A DNA stretch of 64,000 nucleotides, taken from positions 6,067 to 70,066 of the forward strand of contig JANXVU010000147.1 of the NCBI GenBank assembly GCA_025351485.1, given 5' to 3'. The position numbers and the translations under genes were made by a program. Positions 1 to 9,037 of the stretch are shown here, piece by piece; positions within the stretch are counted from its first letter, which is position 1, and the number at the start of each line of letters is the position of its first letter. The notes beneath the pieces were generated by a model, which saw nothing but the letters and a program-made list of their open reading frames with translations, was not told the DNA's origin and searched no databases. This DNA comes from Candidatus Eiseniibacteriota bacterium (lineage in GTDB: Bacteria; Eisenbacteria; RBG-16-71-46; JACRLI01).

Positions 1-1023
1 CGGGAACTGCACCGGGGGGGACTTCTTGAAGTAGGACGAGGGCCCGACGAGCGCGCCCTTCAGGCCGTGGTCCATCGCCAGCTTGCAGCAGCGCACCGCG
101 TCGATGACGACGCCCGCGGAGTTGGGCGAGTCCCACACCTCGAGCTTCATTTCCAGGTTGAGCGGCACGTTGCCGAAGGTGGTGCCTTCCATGCGGATGT
201 GGCACCACTTGCGGTCTTCCAGCCAGGGCACGTAGTCGCTGGGGCCCACGTGGATGTCCTTCTCGGGCAGGGCATAAGGAATGATGCTGGTCACGGCGGC
301 GGTCTTGGAGATCTTCTTGGACTCCAGGCGCTCGCGCTCCAGCATGTTCAGGAAGTCGGTGTTGCCGCCGAAGTTCAGCTGGTAGGTGCGGTCGATCCGC
401 ACACCGCGATCCACGAACAGGTTCGCGAGCACGCGGTGCGTGATGGTGGCGCCAACCTGCGACTTGATGTCGTCACCGATGACCGGCAGGCCCTTCTTCT
501 CGAAGCGCTGCTGCCAGTACCGCTCGCGCGCGATGAACACCGGGATGCAGTTCACGAAGCCGCAACCGGCCTCCAGGATCTGCTCCTCGTACCACTTGGT
601 GGCTTCCTCGGAACCGACCGGCAGGTAGTTGATCACCACGTCGGTCCTGGTTTCGCGGAGCAGCTTGACCACGTCCACGGTGGACCCGGGGGCCTTGTGG
701 ATGATCTGGGAGAGGTACTTGCCCAGGCCGTCGTGGGTCATGCCGCGGTGCACCGGCACGTTGAGCTTGGGAACGCTGTCGAACTTGAAGGTGCAGTTCG
801 GCTTGGCGTAGATGGCCTCGGAGAGGTCCTTGCCCACCTTGTTGCGGTCGATGTCGATCGCGGCGCTGAACTCGATGTCGCGGATGTGGTAACCGCCCAG
901 GTTGACATGCATGAGCCCCGGGACCATGTCGTTGTCCTTGGCGTTCCGGTAGAAGTGGACGCCCTGGACGAGGGACGAGGCGCAGTTGCCCACGCCAATG
1001 ATGGCGACTCGGACCTTGGACAT
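1..1023 (-). CDS. ino1: myo-inositol-1-phosphate synthase (partial; C-terminus runs off the window start)
   Basis: Reverse-strand ATG at 1021-1023 with GGAGGAAG RBS upstream. Translation [32 protein letters not shown]...[30 protein letters not shown]...[20 protein letters not shown] matches bacterial/actinobacterial-type Ino1 (Rossmann GxGxxA, SKKISKT motif). The listed + ORF 67..1095 is antisense. Confidence 0.9.
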   Translation of the reverse strand, partial: MSKVRVAIIGVGNCASSLVQGVHFYRNAKDNDMVPGLMHVNLGGYHIRDIEFSAAIDIDRNKVGKDLSEAIYAKPNCTFKFDSVPKLNVPVHRGMTHDGLGKYLSQIIHKAPGSTVDVVKLLRETRTDVVINYLPVGSEEATKWYEEQILEAGCGFVNCIPVFIARERYWQQRFEKKGLPVIGDDIKSQVGATITHRVLANLFVDRGVRIDRTYQLNFGGNTDFLNMLERERLESKKISKTAAVTSIIPYALPEKDIHVGPSDYVPWLEDRKWCHIRMEGTTFGNVPLNLEMKLEVWDSPNSAGVVIDAVRCCKLAMDHGLKGALVGPSSYFKKSPPVQFP

Positions 1024-1042
1024 GTTAGGAATCTTCCTCCCT

Positions 1043-1642
1043 TTAGAGTTGGCGCCCGACGTGGACCAGGCGTTGCACGAAAGTCAAAAAGTTAAGCGCG
1101 GCGAGAATCGCCAGGGCCCATGCCCACGCCGGTTCCCAGAAGGCTGCCAGCAGCAGCGCCGCGATCTGAAGAATCATCCGCTCGGTGCGCTCCATGAGCC
1201 CCACGCGGCACTCCGCGCCAAGCCCCTCGGCGCGAGCGCGCACATAGCTGACGAGCAGGGCGCTGGCCAGGGCCAGCAGCGGGAGCGTCACCTCCCAGCG
1301 GGTGCCGGCCCACTCGCGCACCAGCGCGAGCCCGCGCCAGGCGGACCCCACGTACAGGGCCGCCTCCCCGGCGCGGTCCAGGGTTGAGTCCAGGAACGCG
1401 CCGAGCCGGGTTTCGCCGCCGCCCATGCGCGCCACCGATCCGTCCAGCATGTCGCACAGCCCGGCGAGGGTCAGCAGGCCGGCGGCGTAATCGTAGCGTC
1501 CCTGGGCCAGCTCGAATGCGGCTCCAACCGAGACGGCGAAGCCGAACACCGTGAGATGGTTGGCCGTGACCCCGGCGCCGACCAGCAGTCGGGTGGGGCC
1601 CTCCATCCATGAGCGTCCCAGGGCCCTGATGGCCAGCTTCAC
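1043..1642 (-). CDS. CDP-alcohol phosphatidyltransferase family membrane protein (phosphatidylinositol-phosphate synthase-like)
   Basis: 199 aa beginning at GTG 1640-1642. Signature [30 protein letters not shown] (D-x2-DG-x2-AR...G-x3-D-x3-D) plus several TM helices. Sits directly downstream of rsmI and upstream of ino1. The longer 319-aa ORF N-terminus is an Arg-rich artefact. Confidence 0.75.
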   Translation of the reverse strand: MKLAIRALGRSWMEGPTRLLVGAGVTANHLTVFGFAVSVGAAFELAQGRYDYAAGLLTLAGLCDMLDGSVARMGGGETRLGAFLDSTLDRAGEAALYVGSAWRGLALVREWAGTRWEVTLPLLALASALLVSYVRARAEGLGAECRVGLMERTERMILQIAALLLAAFWEPAWAWALAILAALNFLTFVQRLVHVGRQL

Positions 1643-2388
1643 TCGAAATCCTCTTGCGCGCCGCCGGACTCGCCGGCCTGGGCACGCTCCCCGCGCGTCA
1701 GGCCGCCCACGCAAACCACCAGTTCGCCCAGCACCTTGGCCTCGCCGTAGCGCGCCGCCAGCCGGTCGAGCGGCTCCCGCACGACTTCCTCGTAGAGCTT
1801 GGTGAGCTCCCGGCACACGGCCCCAGGCCTCGGTCCAAGGACCTCGAAGGCGTCCTTCAGGAACGCTCCGAGCCGGTGCGGGCTTTCGTAAAAGACCAGC
1901 GTGCCCTCGTAATCGCGCAACTCTTCCAGCGCGCGCCGCCTGGCTCCGCTCTTTCGTGAAAGAAACCCGCGGAACAGGAACTGGTCGGTGGGCAGGCCGC
2001 ACACTTGCAGGGCCGTGATCGCCGCCGAGGGTCCCGGAATGGAAATCACGCGGATTCCACGGGCCACCGCCTCGCGCACCAGCCGGTAGCCCGGATCACT
2101 CACGCCGGGAGAACCGGCGTCGGTGATGAGAGCCACCTTTTCCCCGCCCTCGAGGGCCCGGAGCACCGGCTCCAGGCGGCGCACTTCATTGTGCTCGAAG
2201 AAACTCGACAGGGGCCGCGAGATTTCATAACGGTCCAACAGCACCCGTGCCCGCCGGGTGTCCTCCGCCAGGATCCTGTCCGCCTCCTTGAGCGTGCGGA
2301 CGGCGCGGTGGGTGATGTCCTCGAGGTTTCCGATCGGCGTGCCGACCAGGTAGAGGGCGCCTGCCTTCGGGCTGGAGTCAGCGGACAT
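1639..2388 (-). CDS. rsmI: 16S rRNA (cytidine1402-2'-O)-methyltransferase
   Basis: MSADSSPKAGALYLVGTPIGNLEDITHRAVRTLKEADRILAEDTRRARVLLDRYEI... is a tetrapyrrole-methylase-fold RsmI. ATG at 2386-2388. Its stop TGA overlaps the GTG of the downstream gene (GTGA). Confidence 0.85.
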   Translation of the reverse strand: MSADSSPKAGALYLVGTPIGNLEDITHRAVRTLKEADRILAEDTRRARVLLDRYEISRPLSSFFEHNEVRRLEPVLRALEGGEKVALITDAGSPGVSDPGYRLVREAVARGIRVISIPGPSAAITALQVCGLPTDQFLFRGFLSRKSGARRRALEELRDYEGTLVFYESPHRLGAFLKDAFEVLGPRPGAVCRELTKLYEEVVREPLDRLAARYGEAKVLGELVVCVGGLTRGERAQAGESGGAQEDFE

Positions 2389-2522
2389 TAGCACACCCCG
2401 GAAACAGGGGGCAACCGCAGCGGGGGAGCCGCATTGACAAAGCTCCACCGGGCGGCTTGAATCGGCCGTGGGGCCGGTGCATCTTCCGGCCGTCCCTTCT
2501 CATCCAAGATATCAGGAGGTGC

Positions 2523-3224
2523 ATGAATATGTTTTTTCCCTTTTGGGATCCGACCTATCTGATGATCCTGCCGGCCCTGGCGCTGGCGATGTACGCCCAG
2601 TGGAAGGTCCGGTCCACTTACCAGAAGATGAGCGAGGTGCCGTCTGCCGCCGGGAAGACCGGCCGTGAAGTGGCACAATATCTGATGCAGGCGAACGGCA
2701 TCACCGGCGTGACCATCGAAGAGGTCCCCGGGACGCTGACCGACAACTATGATCCGCGCAGCCACACGGTACACCTGTCCTCGGACATCTACAACGGCAC
2801 GTCCGTGGCGGCTATCGGGGTGGCAGCCCACGAGATCGGGCACGTCATCCAGCATGCCCGCGGCTACGCGCCCATCGCGATCCGTGACGCCATCGTGCCG
2901 GTGGCCGGGATCGGGTCGTGGGCCGCTTTCCCGCTGTTCTTCATCGGGCTGATCTTCCACAGCGGCGTGAGCCATCTGTTCATGGATCTTGGAATCGCCC
3001 TGTTCGGGGTGGCGGTGCTGTTCCACGTGGTCACGCTCCCGACGGAGTTCGATGCCAGCAGCCGTGCCCTCAACGAGTTGCAGAGTCGCGCGCTGCTCGC
3101 CCCGGGAGAGGTGGTCATGGCGCGCCAGGTACTGAGTGCGGCCGCCCTGACCTACGTCGCCGCCGCCGCCATGGCCGCCCTGCAACTCATCCGAATGGTG
3201 CTGCTCCGCAACAGCCGCGACTAG
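2523..3224 (+). CDS. YugP-like membrane zinc metallopeptidase (Zn_peptidase_2 family)
   Basis: AGGAGG precedes ATG 2523. MNMFFPFWDPTYLMILPALALAMYAQWKV...GKTGREVAQYLMQANGITGVTIEEVPGTLTDNYDPRSHTVHLSSDIYNGTSVAAIGVAAHEIGHVIQHA... carries an HEIGH zinc motif and TM helices. Confidence 0.85.
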   Translation: MNMFFPFWDPTYLMILPALALAMYAQWKVRSTYQKMSEVPSAAGKTGREVAQYLMQANGITGVTIEEVPGTLTDNYDPRSHTVHLSSDIYNGTSVAAIGVAAHEIGHVIQHARGYAPIAIRDAIVPVAGIGSWAAFPLFFIGLIFHSGVSHLFMDLGIALFGVAVLFHVVTLPTEFDASSRALNELQSRALLAPGEVVMARQVLSAAALTYVAAAAMAALQLIRMVLLRNSRD

Positions 3225-3245
3225 CCTTCGAGCCCGTGCAGGCCC

Positions 3246-3290
3246 AAAGAAAAGGGGAAGAGACGACGTCTCTTCCCCTTGGTTCTTTTT
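3246..3290. terminator. bidirectional intrinsic terminator between convergent genes
   Basis: A-run aaagaaaa, then an 11-bp stem ggggaagagac / gtctcttcccc (3254-3278) with a 3-nt loop, then ttggttcttttt. Confidence 0.7.
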
Positions 3291-3317
3291 GCCCGGAACG
3301 GATGCGGGCAGTGGCGG

Positions 3318-3596
3318 TTAACCCTGCGCCACCATGTCTTTCAATTCCTTGGAGACCTTGAACAGGGGCACCCTGCGCGCCGGCACGGGCACCGACTCTC
3401 CGGTGCGCGGATTGCGAGCCAGGCGCGGCTTGCGGTCCTTGACCTTGAATGTGCCGAATCCCCTGATTTCGATGTGATGGCCCTGCTGGAGCGACCGTGA
3501 AACGGCCGCGAGGAACTCATCCACCGTCTCTGCGACGTCTTTTTTCGTCAAGCCGGTACGCTCGGCGATTTCGTCCACGATGTCCGCCTTGGTCAT
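3318..3596 (-). CDS. HU/IHF-family nucleoid-associated DNA-binding protein
   Basis: 92 aa MTKADIVDEIAERTGLTKKDVAETVDEFLAAVSRSLQQGHHIEIRGFGTFKVKDRKPRLARNPRTGESVPVPARRVPLFKVSKELKDMV shows the bacterial histone-like fold signature (GFGTF...R.ARNP.TGE). Confidence 0.85.
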   Translation of the reverse strand: MTKADIVDEIAERTGLTKKDVAETVDEFLAAVSRSLQQGHHIEIRGFGTFKVKDRKPRLARNPRTGESVPVPARRVPLFKVSKELKDMVAQG

Positions 3597-4021
3597 CGGA
3601 CTCCTCCTCGGCTTGGCCTCAACTTGGAACGCGGCTTGACCTTAGGTGTTTGGTCGCGCTGTTGCCGAATTCATATTCCGCGATGCCCCGGAGGCTGTCA
3701 AGCTAAATGCTGATGTGGCAACGTGCAATGGGCGCGGTGCAGACTGCCCCCCTTTCGGCGCCTCCCTCGGCCAGTCCCCCAAAGACGCTGTTTTCGGCGG
3801 GTTTACCCAAGTCTAACTCATTGAACGACTTGAATTTGGAGGAGCCTCGCCGGGCCCGGCATGGCACACCGGTTGCGTTACGGGAAAGCAGCCTGATTCC
3901 GGCCCGGCGAGGACGGCAGGGGTGCTGTGGCGCAATGACGACAACGCCATCGACCACTGACCAACCGCAACGTCGCTGCTCACCCCTGTCCGTCCCGGCT
4001 GGGTTGGAATCGAGTAAAGAC

Positions 4022-4103
4022 GCACGAAAAGGCCCGGTTGCTTCCCCCTCCGCTCAGGCGCATTCGCGATTCGCTCGGGGGAAGCAACCGGGCCTTTTCG
4101 TGC
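4022..4103. repeat. perfect 27-bp inverted repeat with a 28-nt spacer
   Basis: gcacgaaaaggcccggttgcttccccc (4022-4048) pairs with gggggaagcaaccgggccttttcgtgc (4077-4103). It lies 12 nt 3' of the stop (TAA 4115-4117) of the minus-strand gene. Confidence 0.8.
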
Positions 4104-4114
4104 TCCGGGCTTCC

Positions 4115-4645
4115 TTACTGCAGTTCGTCCTTGTTCTCGCTTTGCTCCCCTTCTTCATCTTCTTCCCAGTGGGTGCCGCCGTTGACGAGGGAGATCTCGG
4201 CGGATTCGAGGACTTCCTTGGCTTCTTCGTCGCGGCTCGGGGGAATCCGGAGTTCGTGCTCGTTGGCGTGCACGCCCCGGTAGTCGCCGGGGGCGAATCT
4301 CACCGCGCTGATGTGGCTCTGGTTCAGCAACTGGCGGCGCGCCTCCACCTCCCACTCCTCGGCGCTGCTGAAGATCACCGTCCACGGCTCGGTCTCGGCG
4401 GCGCCCACGTCGTTTTCGCAGGTGTAGCGGCCGTCGTGCTCGCGGGCGCACTCGTCGCACAGCGGGGTCTCGCAGGCCACGCACCGGGCCAGCGCCTCTC
4501 GACGGGGATGCTCACCGCACATCTCCCCGCTGTCGGCCTGCATGGATCCACAGTGGGGGCAGTAGCCCAGCGCGGGATCGAAAATGGCCGAACAGTTCTC
4601 GCAATCCGCCACCGCCGCCTCGCTCTCCTTGAATTCGTCGCTCAT
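4115..4645 (-). CDS. double zinc-ribbon plus DUF2007-like domain protein with an acidic C-terminal tail
   Basis: ATG at 4643-4645 gives MSDEFKESEAAVADCENCSAIFDPALGYCPHCGSM...CGEHPRREALARCVACETPLCDECAREH with four CxxC pairs. The following WTVIFSSAEEWEVEARRQLLNQSHISAVRF resembles the PII-like DUF2007 fold. The tail is Glu/Asp-rich. Confidence 0.55.
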   Translation of the reverse strand: MSDEFKESEAAVADCENCSAIFDPALGYCPHCGSMQADSGEMCGEHPRREALARCVACETPLCDECAREHDGRYTCENDVGAAETEPWTVIFSSAEEWEVEARRQLLNQSHISAVRFAPGDYRGVHANEHELRIPPSRDEEAKEVLESAEISLVNGGTHWEEDEEGEQSENKDELQ

Positions 4646-4667
4646 GAATGCAGTCCCTTCCAGTTTT

Positions 4668-5294
4668 TTATTTCGCGATCCGCGCCCGCACCTGCCGGGG
4701 CGTGACATGTAGATAAGTCGAGGCGGATTTCAGATTCAACATCCATTCACCCTTGGCGCCCGCCGGCGCGCTTTCGGTCTGGATCCACTCGGTATGGTTC
4801 ACCAGCGCGGCCGGTCCATCCACGCTCACCGATTCGGGCAGCGCCCGGGCCCCGAGGACGACCCCCGAGGCGGCCATCACCCGCACCGGGACCCGGCGCT
4901 CGGCGTGGCGGTCGAGCTGGACTTCGAGCGTCTCCGGGGAAGCGACGTCGGTCACCAGCACGTCGAGCCCCGCCGGGATGCTCACGTCCCGGCTCGAGGC
5001 CAGGTGGCGACGCCAGCCCGGACCGGCGGTCCCCAGGTCCAGCTCCATGCGCGCGCCGCGGAGCAGCGCCAGGTAAATGTCACGGCCGCGGCCGCGAAAG
5101 GTCACCTGCGCCTCGGCCGGAACAGGGCTCATGATGCTGAGCGTATCGGCCAGGTTCTTGACCCGCAGCGGAACCTTGTAGGTGAGGTCCTGCTCGCGGT
5201 TGGTCGCGACGTGCGCGTACACCAGCACCGCCAGAAAGACGGACACCAGCTTGATGCTCAGGTTGCTGAAGAACAGCCGCCACAGTGTTTTCAT
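4668..5294 (-). CDS. YbbR-like domain membrane-anchored protein
   Basis: N-terminal TM helix MKTLWRLFFSNLSIKLVSVFLAVLVYAHVA, then repeated V-P-V / G-P segments typical of YbbR repeats. It sits in an operon with the upstream HK and RR. Confidence 0.45.
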   Translation of the reverse strand: MKTLWRLFFSNLSIKLVSVFLAVLVYAHVATNREQDLTYKVPLRVKNLADTLSIMSPVPAEAQVTFRGRGRDIYLALLRGARMELDLGTAGPGWRRHLASSRDVSIPAGLDVLVTDVASPETLEVQLDRHAERRVPVRVMAASGVVLGARALPESVSVDGPAALVNHTEWIQTESAPAGAKGEWMLNLKSASTYLHVTPRQVRARIAK

Positions 5295-6682
5295 TCTTCC
5301 ACGCCCTCGTCCCCTTCGCCGGCCGGCGCCAGCCCGTAGCGCTCCAGCCGCGAGTACAGCGTGCGTCGGGTGAGGCCCAGCAGCCGCGCCGCCTGGCTCT
5401 TGTTGCCCTGGGAGCGCGCGATCGCTTTCAGGATCAGGTCCTTTTCAAGGTCTTCCAGCACCAGGCCGCCCGGCGGGATCTCGAAATCGTAGGAGCCGCC
5501 CGCGCCGCCGCGTTCCTTGAGCTCCGGAATGTGCTCGGCGCCGATCGGATCGGGACCCGCGGTGATCACGATGCGTTCGATCAGATTTTGCATCTCGCGG
5601 ATGTTCCCCGGGTAACTGTAGCCGAGGAGCCTGCGGCGCACCTCCGGGGCCACCCTGGAAATGTCGGAACCGAACTGCTTGAGAAAGAAATCCAGCAGCA
5701 GCGGCAGGTCCCCGGCGCGCTCGCGGAGCGGCGGCAGGTGGATTGGAAACACGTTGAGCCGGTAGAACAGGTCCTCGCGGAACTCCTTCTTCGCGATGGC
5801 CTCTTCCAGGTTCCTGTTGGTCGCGGTCACGATGCGGCAATCGGATTGGAGAGTTTCGGTTCCGCCGACCGGCACGAAGCTCTTTTCCTCCAGCACCTGG
5901 AGAATCTTCACCTGCAATGCTCCGGCGATGTCCCCGATCTCGTCCAGGAAGATGGTGCCGCCGTGGGCCAGCGAAAACCGGCCCGGCCTGTCGGCGATGG
6001 CCCCGGTGAACGCGCCCTTCTTGTGCCCGAAGAGCTCGCTTTCCAGGAGCTGCTCGGGGATGGCCCCGCAGTTCACCTTCACGAACGGCCCCCGGGAGCG
6101 GCCGCTGGCAACGTGGATGGAGCGCGCGACCACGTCCTTGCCGGTGCCGCTCTCGCCCCGCAGGAGCACCGTGGCATCGGTCTGGGCCACCCGCTCGGCC
6201 AGCGCCAGGGCCTTTTGAAACGTGGGCGCCTGCCCGATCAGGCCCTCGAATCCGGGGGCCCCGCCGAGCGTCTTGCGAAGCGATTCGTTCTCCACCGCGA
6301 GCCGTTCGCGCTCGGAGCGGTCCTCCAGCTTGGAGCCCACCTTGCGCACCCGGATGCGCAGCTCGTCCAGTTCGATCGGCTTGTTCAGGAAGTCGAACGC
6401 CCCGTCCTTCATGGCCTGCACCGCGGCGGCCACGGTGGCGAACGCCGTCATCACGATCACCTCGGTGCGCGGATACCTTTCCTTGACGATCTTGAGGAGC
6501 GCCAGCCCGTCGGGCGGCGGCATCTTCAGATCGGTGAGCAGCAGGTCGAATCGCTCCTTTTCCAGCACCTCCACCGCCTCGGAGCCGCTGTGGCGCAGAA
6601 CCAGGTCGTGGCCCTCCTCCGAGAGCGTGTCTCCCAGCAGGCGGGCCAGCCGCGGCTCGTCGTCAACCAGCAGGATTTTCAT
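5291..6682 (-). CDS. sigma-54-dependent response regulator (NtrC family: REC + AAA+ + HTH)
   Basis: MKILLVDDEPRLARLL...DLKMPPPDG (receiver), GESGTGKDVVARSIH (Walker A), GAFTG, ESELFGH, and a C-terminal Fis-type HTH QAARLLGLTRRTLYSRL. ATG at 6680-6682. Confidence 0.9.
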   Translation of the reverse strand: MKILLVDDEPRLARLLGDTLSEEGHDLVLRHSGSEAVEVLEKERFDLLLTDLKMPPPDGLALLKIVKERYPRTEVIVMTAFATVAAAVQAMKDGAFDFLNKPIELDELRIRVRKVGSKLEDRSERERLAVENESLRKTLGGAPGFEGLIGQAPTFQKALALAERVAQTDATVLLRGESGTGKDVVARSIHVASGRSRGPFVKVNCGAIPEQLLESELFGHKKGAFTGAIADRPGRFSLAHGGTIFLDEIGDIAGALQVKILQVLEEKSFVPVGGTETLQSDCRIVTATNRNLEEAIAKKEFREDLFYRLNVFPIHLPPLRERAGDLPLLLDFFLKQFGSDISRVAPEVRRRLLGYSYPGNIREMQNLIERIVITAGPDPIGAEHIPELKERGGAGGSYDFEIPPGGLVLEDLEKDLILKAIARSQGNKSQAARLLGLTRRTLYSRLERYGLAPAGEGDEGVEE

Positions 6683-8021
6683 TCGACCTCGCGGGGAATC
6701 GGACCTGGAACACGGAACCCTTGCCCGGGGCGCTCTGCACCTCGACGCGGCCACGGTGCTCGCGCACGATGCGGTCCACCACGGCGAGCCCCAGGCCGGT
6801 GCCGCGTTCCTTGTTGGAATAGAAGGGATCGAAAATCTTGCGGAGCGCTTCCCGCGGGATTCCCTGGCCGGTGTCGCCCACCTCGCAGACCCACTCGCGG
6901 CCGTCGCGCCTGAGCCCCAGCGTGAGCGTGCCTCCTTCGGCCATGGAATCCTGCGCGTTCAGGATCAGGTTCAGGAACACCTGCCGAACTCCGGCCGGGC
7001 TACCCTGCACGAACGCCGGCCCGGTGCCCTCGGGGTAGCGGGTCTCCACGCTCACGCCGTGCTTGGACAGGTTGGGTTCGCACAGGAGCCGCACCCGCTC
7101 CAGCGACTCGCGCAGGTCCAGTTCCGAGGACTGGTCCGGATCGCTGCGCGCAAAATCGAGGTAGGTGGAAAGAATCCTGTTCAGCCGCTCCACTTCTTCA
7201 GGGATATATTGCCAGATTTCATCCTCGGGCGGGGCCTTCTTCAGCCGCTCGGCGGTGGCCCGGATGATGGCCAGGGGGTTGCGGATCTCGTGGGCCATGG
7301 TCGCGGCCAGCTGGCCCATGGTGGCCAGCGTCTCGTTCCGGCGCGCCCGCTGCTCGGCCTCCAGCAATCCGCGGGTGGCCCGGGCGAAAACCCAGCCCAG
7401 CAGCAGCACCGCCAGGGTGGATACCGCCGCCACCCCGAGGAGGTTCCGCCGCAGCTGCTCCAGCCCGCCGAAAAACGAGGCGTCCGCCTCCACCGAGAGC
7501 ACCGCGCCGATGTCGGAAGAATCGTACGCCACCGGGGCGAAGGCCGTCTTGTAGTAGACCCCCTGCTGACTGTAGAGAGAGCTGGCCGAGGGCCGGCCCA
7601 TGAGGGCCGCGTCGGCGGCCGGTCGGTCGAACACCAGGGCCGGGTTGGGCCCCGCGAGCGGCGGATCGGCGTCCAGGTCCAGCAGCGGATGGCGCTCCCG
7701 GTCGAACAGGAAGATGTTGCGGATCCAGCCCGTGCCGCTCCGGGTTCGCAGGAGCTGGTGGCGCAGCGTCACGTAGGCAAAGCCGAACCGGCCGTTGTCC
7801 AGCAGGTCTTGCAGTTCGGACTGGGTGATGCGGGAGGCGGCCGTGACCGCGACGGCGGTGAGGCTGCGGCTAAGCTCGGATTCCCAGTGCTCCCGGAACG
7901 ACCGGTAGTAGAACCACCCGGCGGCGTTGAGGACGAGCAGCATGAACACCAGGAAGGACAGGGTCCAGCCCAGCTGGACGGCATGGGTGGGGATCCCCGG
8001 GCGGGGCGAACGGACGCGCAT
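6663..8021 (-). CDS. sensor histidine kinase (TM, HisKA, HATPase_c)
   Basis: TM helix LGWTLSFLVFMLLVLNAAGWFYY, H-box MAHEIRNPLAIIRATAERL, and N/G boxes LILNAQDSM...GDTGQGIP...GTGLGLAVV. Overlaps the RR start by 20 nt. The start could be ATG 8021 or an upstream TTG at 8057; neither has a clear RBS. Confidence 0.8.
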   Translation of the reverse strand: MRVRSPRPGIPTHAVQLGWTLSFLVFMLLVLNAAGWFYYRSFREHWESELSRSLTAVAVTAASRITQSELQDLLDNGRFGFAYVTLRHQLLRTRSGTGWIRNIFLFDRERHPLLDLDADPPLAGPNPALVFDRPAADAALMGRPSASSLYSQQGVYYKTAFAPVAYDSSDIGAVLSVEADASFFGGLEQLRRNLLGVAAVSTLAVLLLGWVFARATRGLLEAEQRARRNETLATMGQLAATMAHEIRNPLAIIRATAERLKKAPPEDEIWQYIPEEVERLNRILSTYLDFARSDPDQSSELDLRESLERVRLLCEPNLSKHGVSVETRYPEGTGPAFVQGSPAGVRQVFLNLILNAQDSMAEGGTLTLGLRRDGREWVCEVGDTGQGIPREALRKIFDPFYSNKERGTGLGLAVVDRIVREHRGRVEVQSAPGKGSVFQVRFPARSNENPAG

Positions 8022-8201
8022 GCCTGCATAGTAGGGGCGCGGTCCGGCGAAGGGCAACGTGGTTGCACAGTTCGTTTGGGCGCGGCGCCGGGCGTGGCCC
8101 GGTTGCGCGCCGGGAAGTTCAAGCCGGCCAGGCGCCGGGGAAAGGAGCCGCGGCCCGCCGTGCGGCGCACCACGCTCCTCCCCACGGGCGCCCGGTCGTG
8201 A

Positions 8202-8960
8202 TCAGACCTTGGTTCCGATTTCCAGCGGGGCGCCGGTCTCGAGCAGCGTCTTCAGCCCGCTCAGCACCGGGTTCCAGCCCGGCTGCACGCTCTTGTAGGT
8301 GGCGGTCTCGCCGTCGAAGTCGTCGTGGGTCAGAATCACCAGCACCGATCCGCTGTAGGGACGGATTTCCCAGGTTACCCGCGAGGCCCGGTCGGCCTTC
8401 GACTCGGGATTGTGGGTGGCGTTGAAGGTCATCACCAGCTTGCGGTTGGGCTGGACTTCCAGGATTTCACCCGAGAGCGCCACGCCGCCGTCGGCGTTGT
8501 TGTAGGTGTACCTGGATCCGGGCTTCAGCTCGGCCTGCAGGGTCGTGCCGTAGAAATACTGGCGGGTGAACTCGGGGTTCGTGATCGCCTGCCAGACGTT
8601 TTCCGGCGTGGACTTGATGTACACCTCGTAGACGTGCTTCAGGTTCGAGGGCATGGATTCCTCCAGTGCGGACTTGAGCGCCCCCATGGCGCTCACCCAG
8701 GGTTTGGCAAACTTGCTGATCCAACGGTCGTGGATGAGCTGGATTGGAACAGAATTCAGGAAGTGCAGCTTTTCGCGGCCCTCCCGGCGGGTGACCACCA
8801 GGTGCGCCTCCTCCAGCAGGCGCAGGTGCTTCATGACCCCGTAGCGGGTCATGGGGAGCCCCTCGCACAGTTCGGCCAGCGTCTGGCCGTCCTTTTCACG
8901 AAGTCTATCCAGCAGCTTCCTGCGACTGGGGTCGGCCAGCGCCCTGAATGCCTCTTCCAT
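8202..8960 (-). CDS. ArsR-family HTH regulator fused to an SRPBCC (AHSA1/START-like) domain
   Basis: MEEAFRALADPSRRKLLDRLREKDGQTLAELCEGLPMTRYGVMKHLRLLEEAHLV (ArsR wHTH) followed by an Aha1/BPI-like C-terminal half. Confidence 0.8.
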   Translation of the reverse strand: MEEAFRALADPSRRKLLDRLREKDGQTLAELCEGLPMTRYGVMKHLRLLEEAHLVVTRREGREKLHFLNSVPIQLIHDRWISKFAKPWVSAMGALKSALEESMPSNLKHVYEVYIKSTPENVWQAITNPEFTRQYFYGTTLQAELKPGSRYTYNNADGGVALSGEILEVQPNRKLVMTFNATHNPESKADRASRVTWEIRPYSGSVLVILTHDDFDGETATYKSVQPGWNPVLSGLKTLLETGAPLEIGTKV

Positions 8961-8973
8961 TCCCGGATTATAT

Positions 8974-8989
8974 GTGACTATTTGGTCAC
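8974..8989. promoter_or_regulatory. candidate autoregulatory operator palindrome for the ArsR-like gene
   Basis: GTGAC-TATTTG-GTCAC is a perfect 5-6-5 inverted repeat 14 nt upstream of the start codon (8960, minus strand). Confidence 0.45.
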
Positions 8990-9000
8990 CTGTTAAGTCT

Positions 9001-9037
9001 TAAAAGAAAGACGGGCCCCTGATCCCCGGGGCCCGTC
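9001..9037 (-). terminator. orphan intrinsic-terminator-like hairpin oriented on the minus strand
   Basis: 10-bp GC stem gacgggcccc / ggggcccgtc (9010-9019 / 9028-9037) with an 8-nt loop. On the minus strand it is followed by UUUCUUUUA (plus-strand taaaagaaa 9001-9009). No annotated minus-strand gene ends here. Confidence 0.45.

Noticed and set aside
67-1095. 342-aa plus-strand ORF
   Set aside because: Antisense to ino1. The product is Val/Gly/Arg/His-rich low-complexity with no domain. The real gene is on the minus strand.
1092-1685. 197-aa minus-strand ORF (Arg/Pro/Gly-rich)
   Set aside because: Alternate frame of the CDP-alcohol phosphatidyltransferase region with GC-artefact composition.
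5285-8201. Plus-strand ORFs 5285..6913 (542 aa) and 6222..8201 (659 aa)
   Set aside because: Antisense to the response-regulator and histidine-kinase genes. Arg/Ala/Gly-rich and without motifs.
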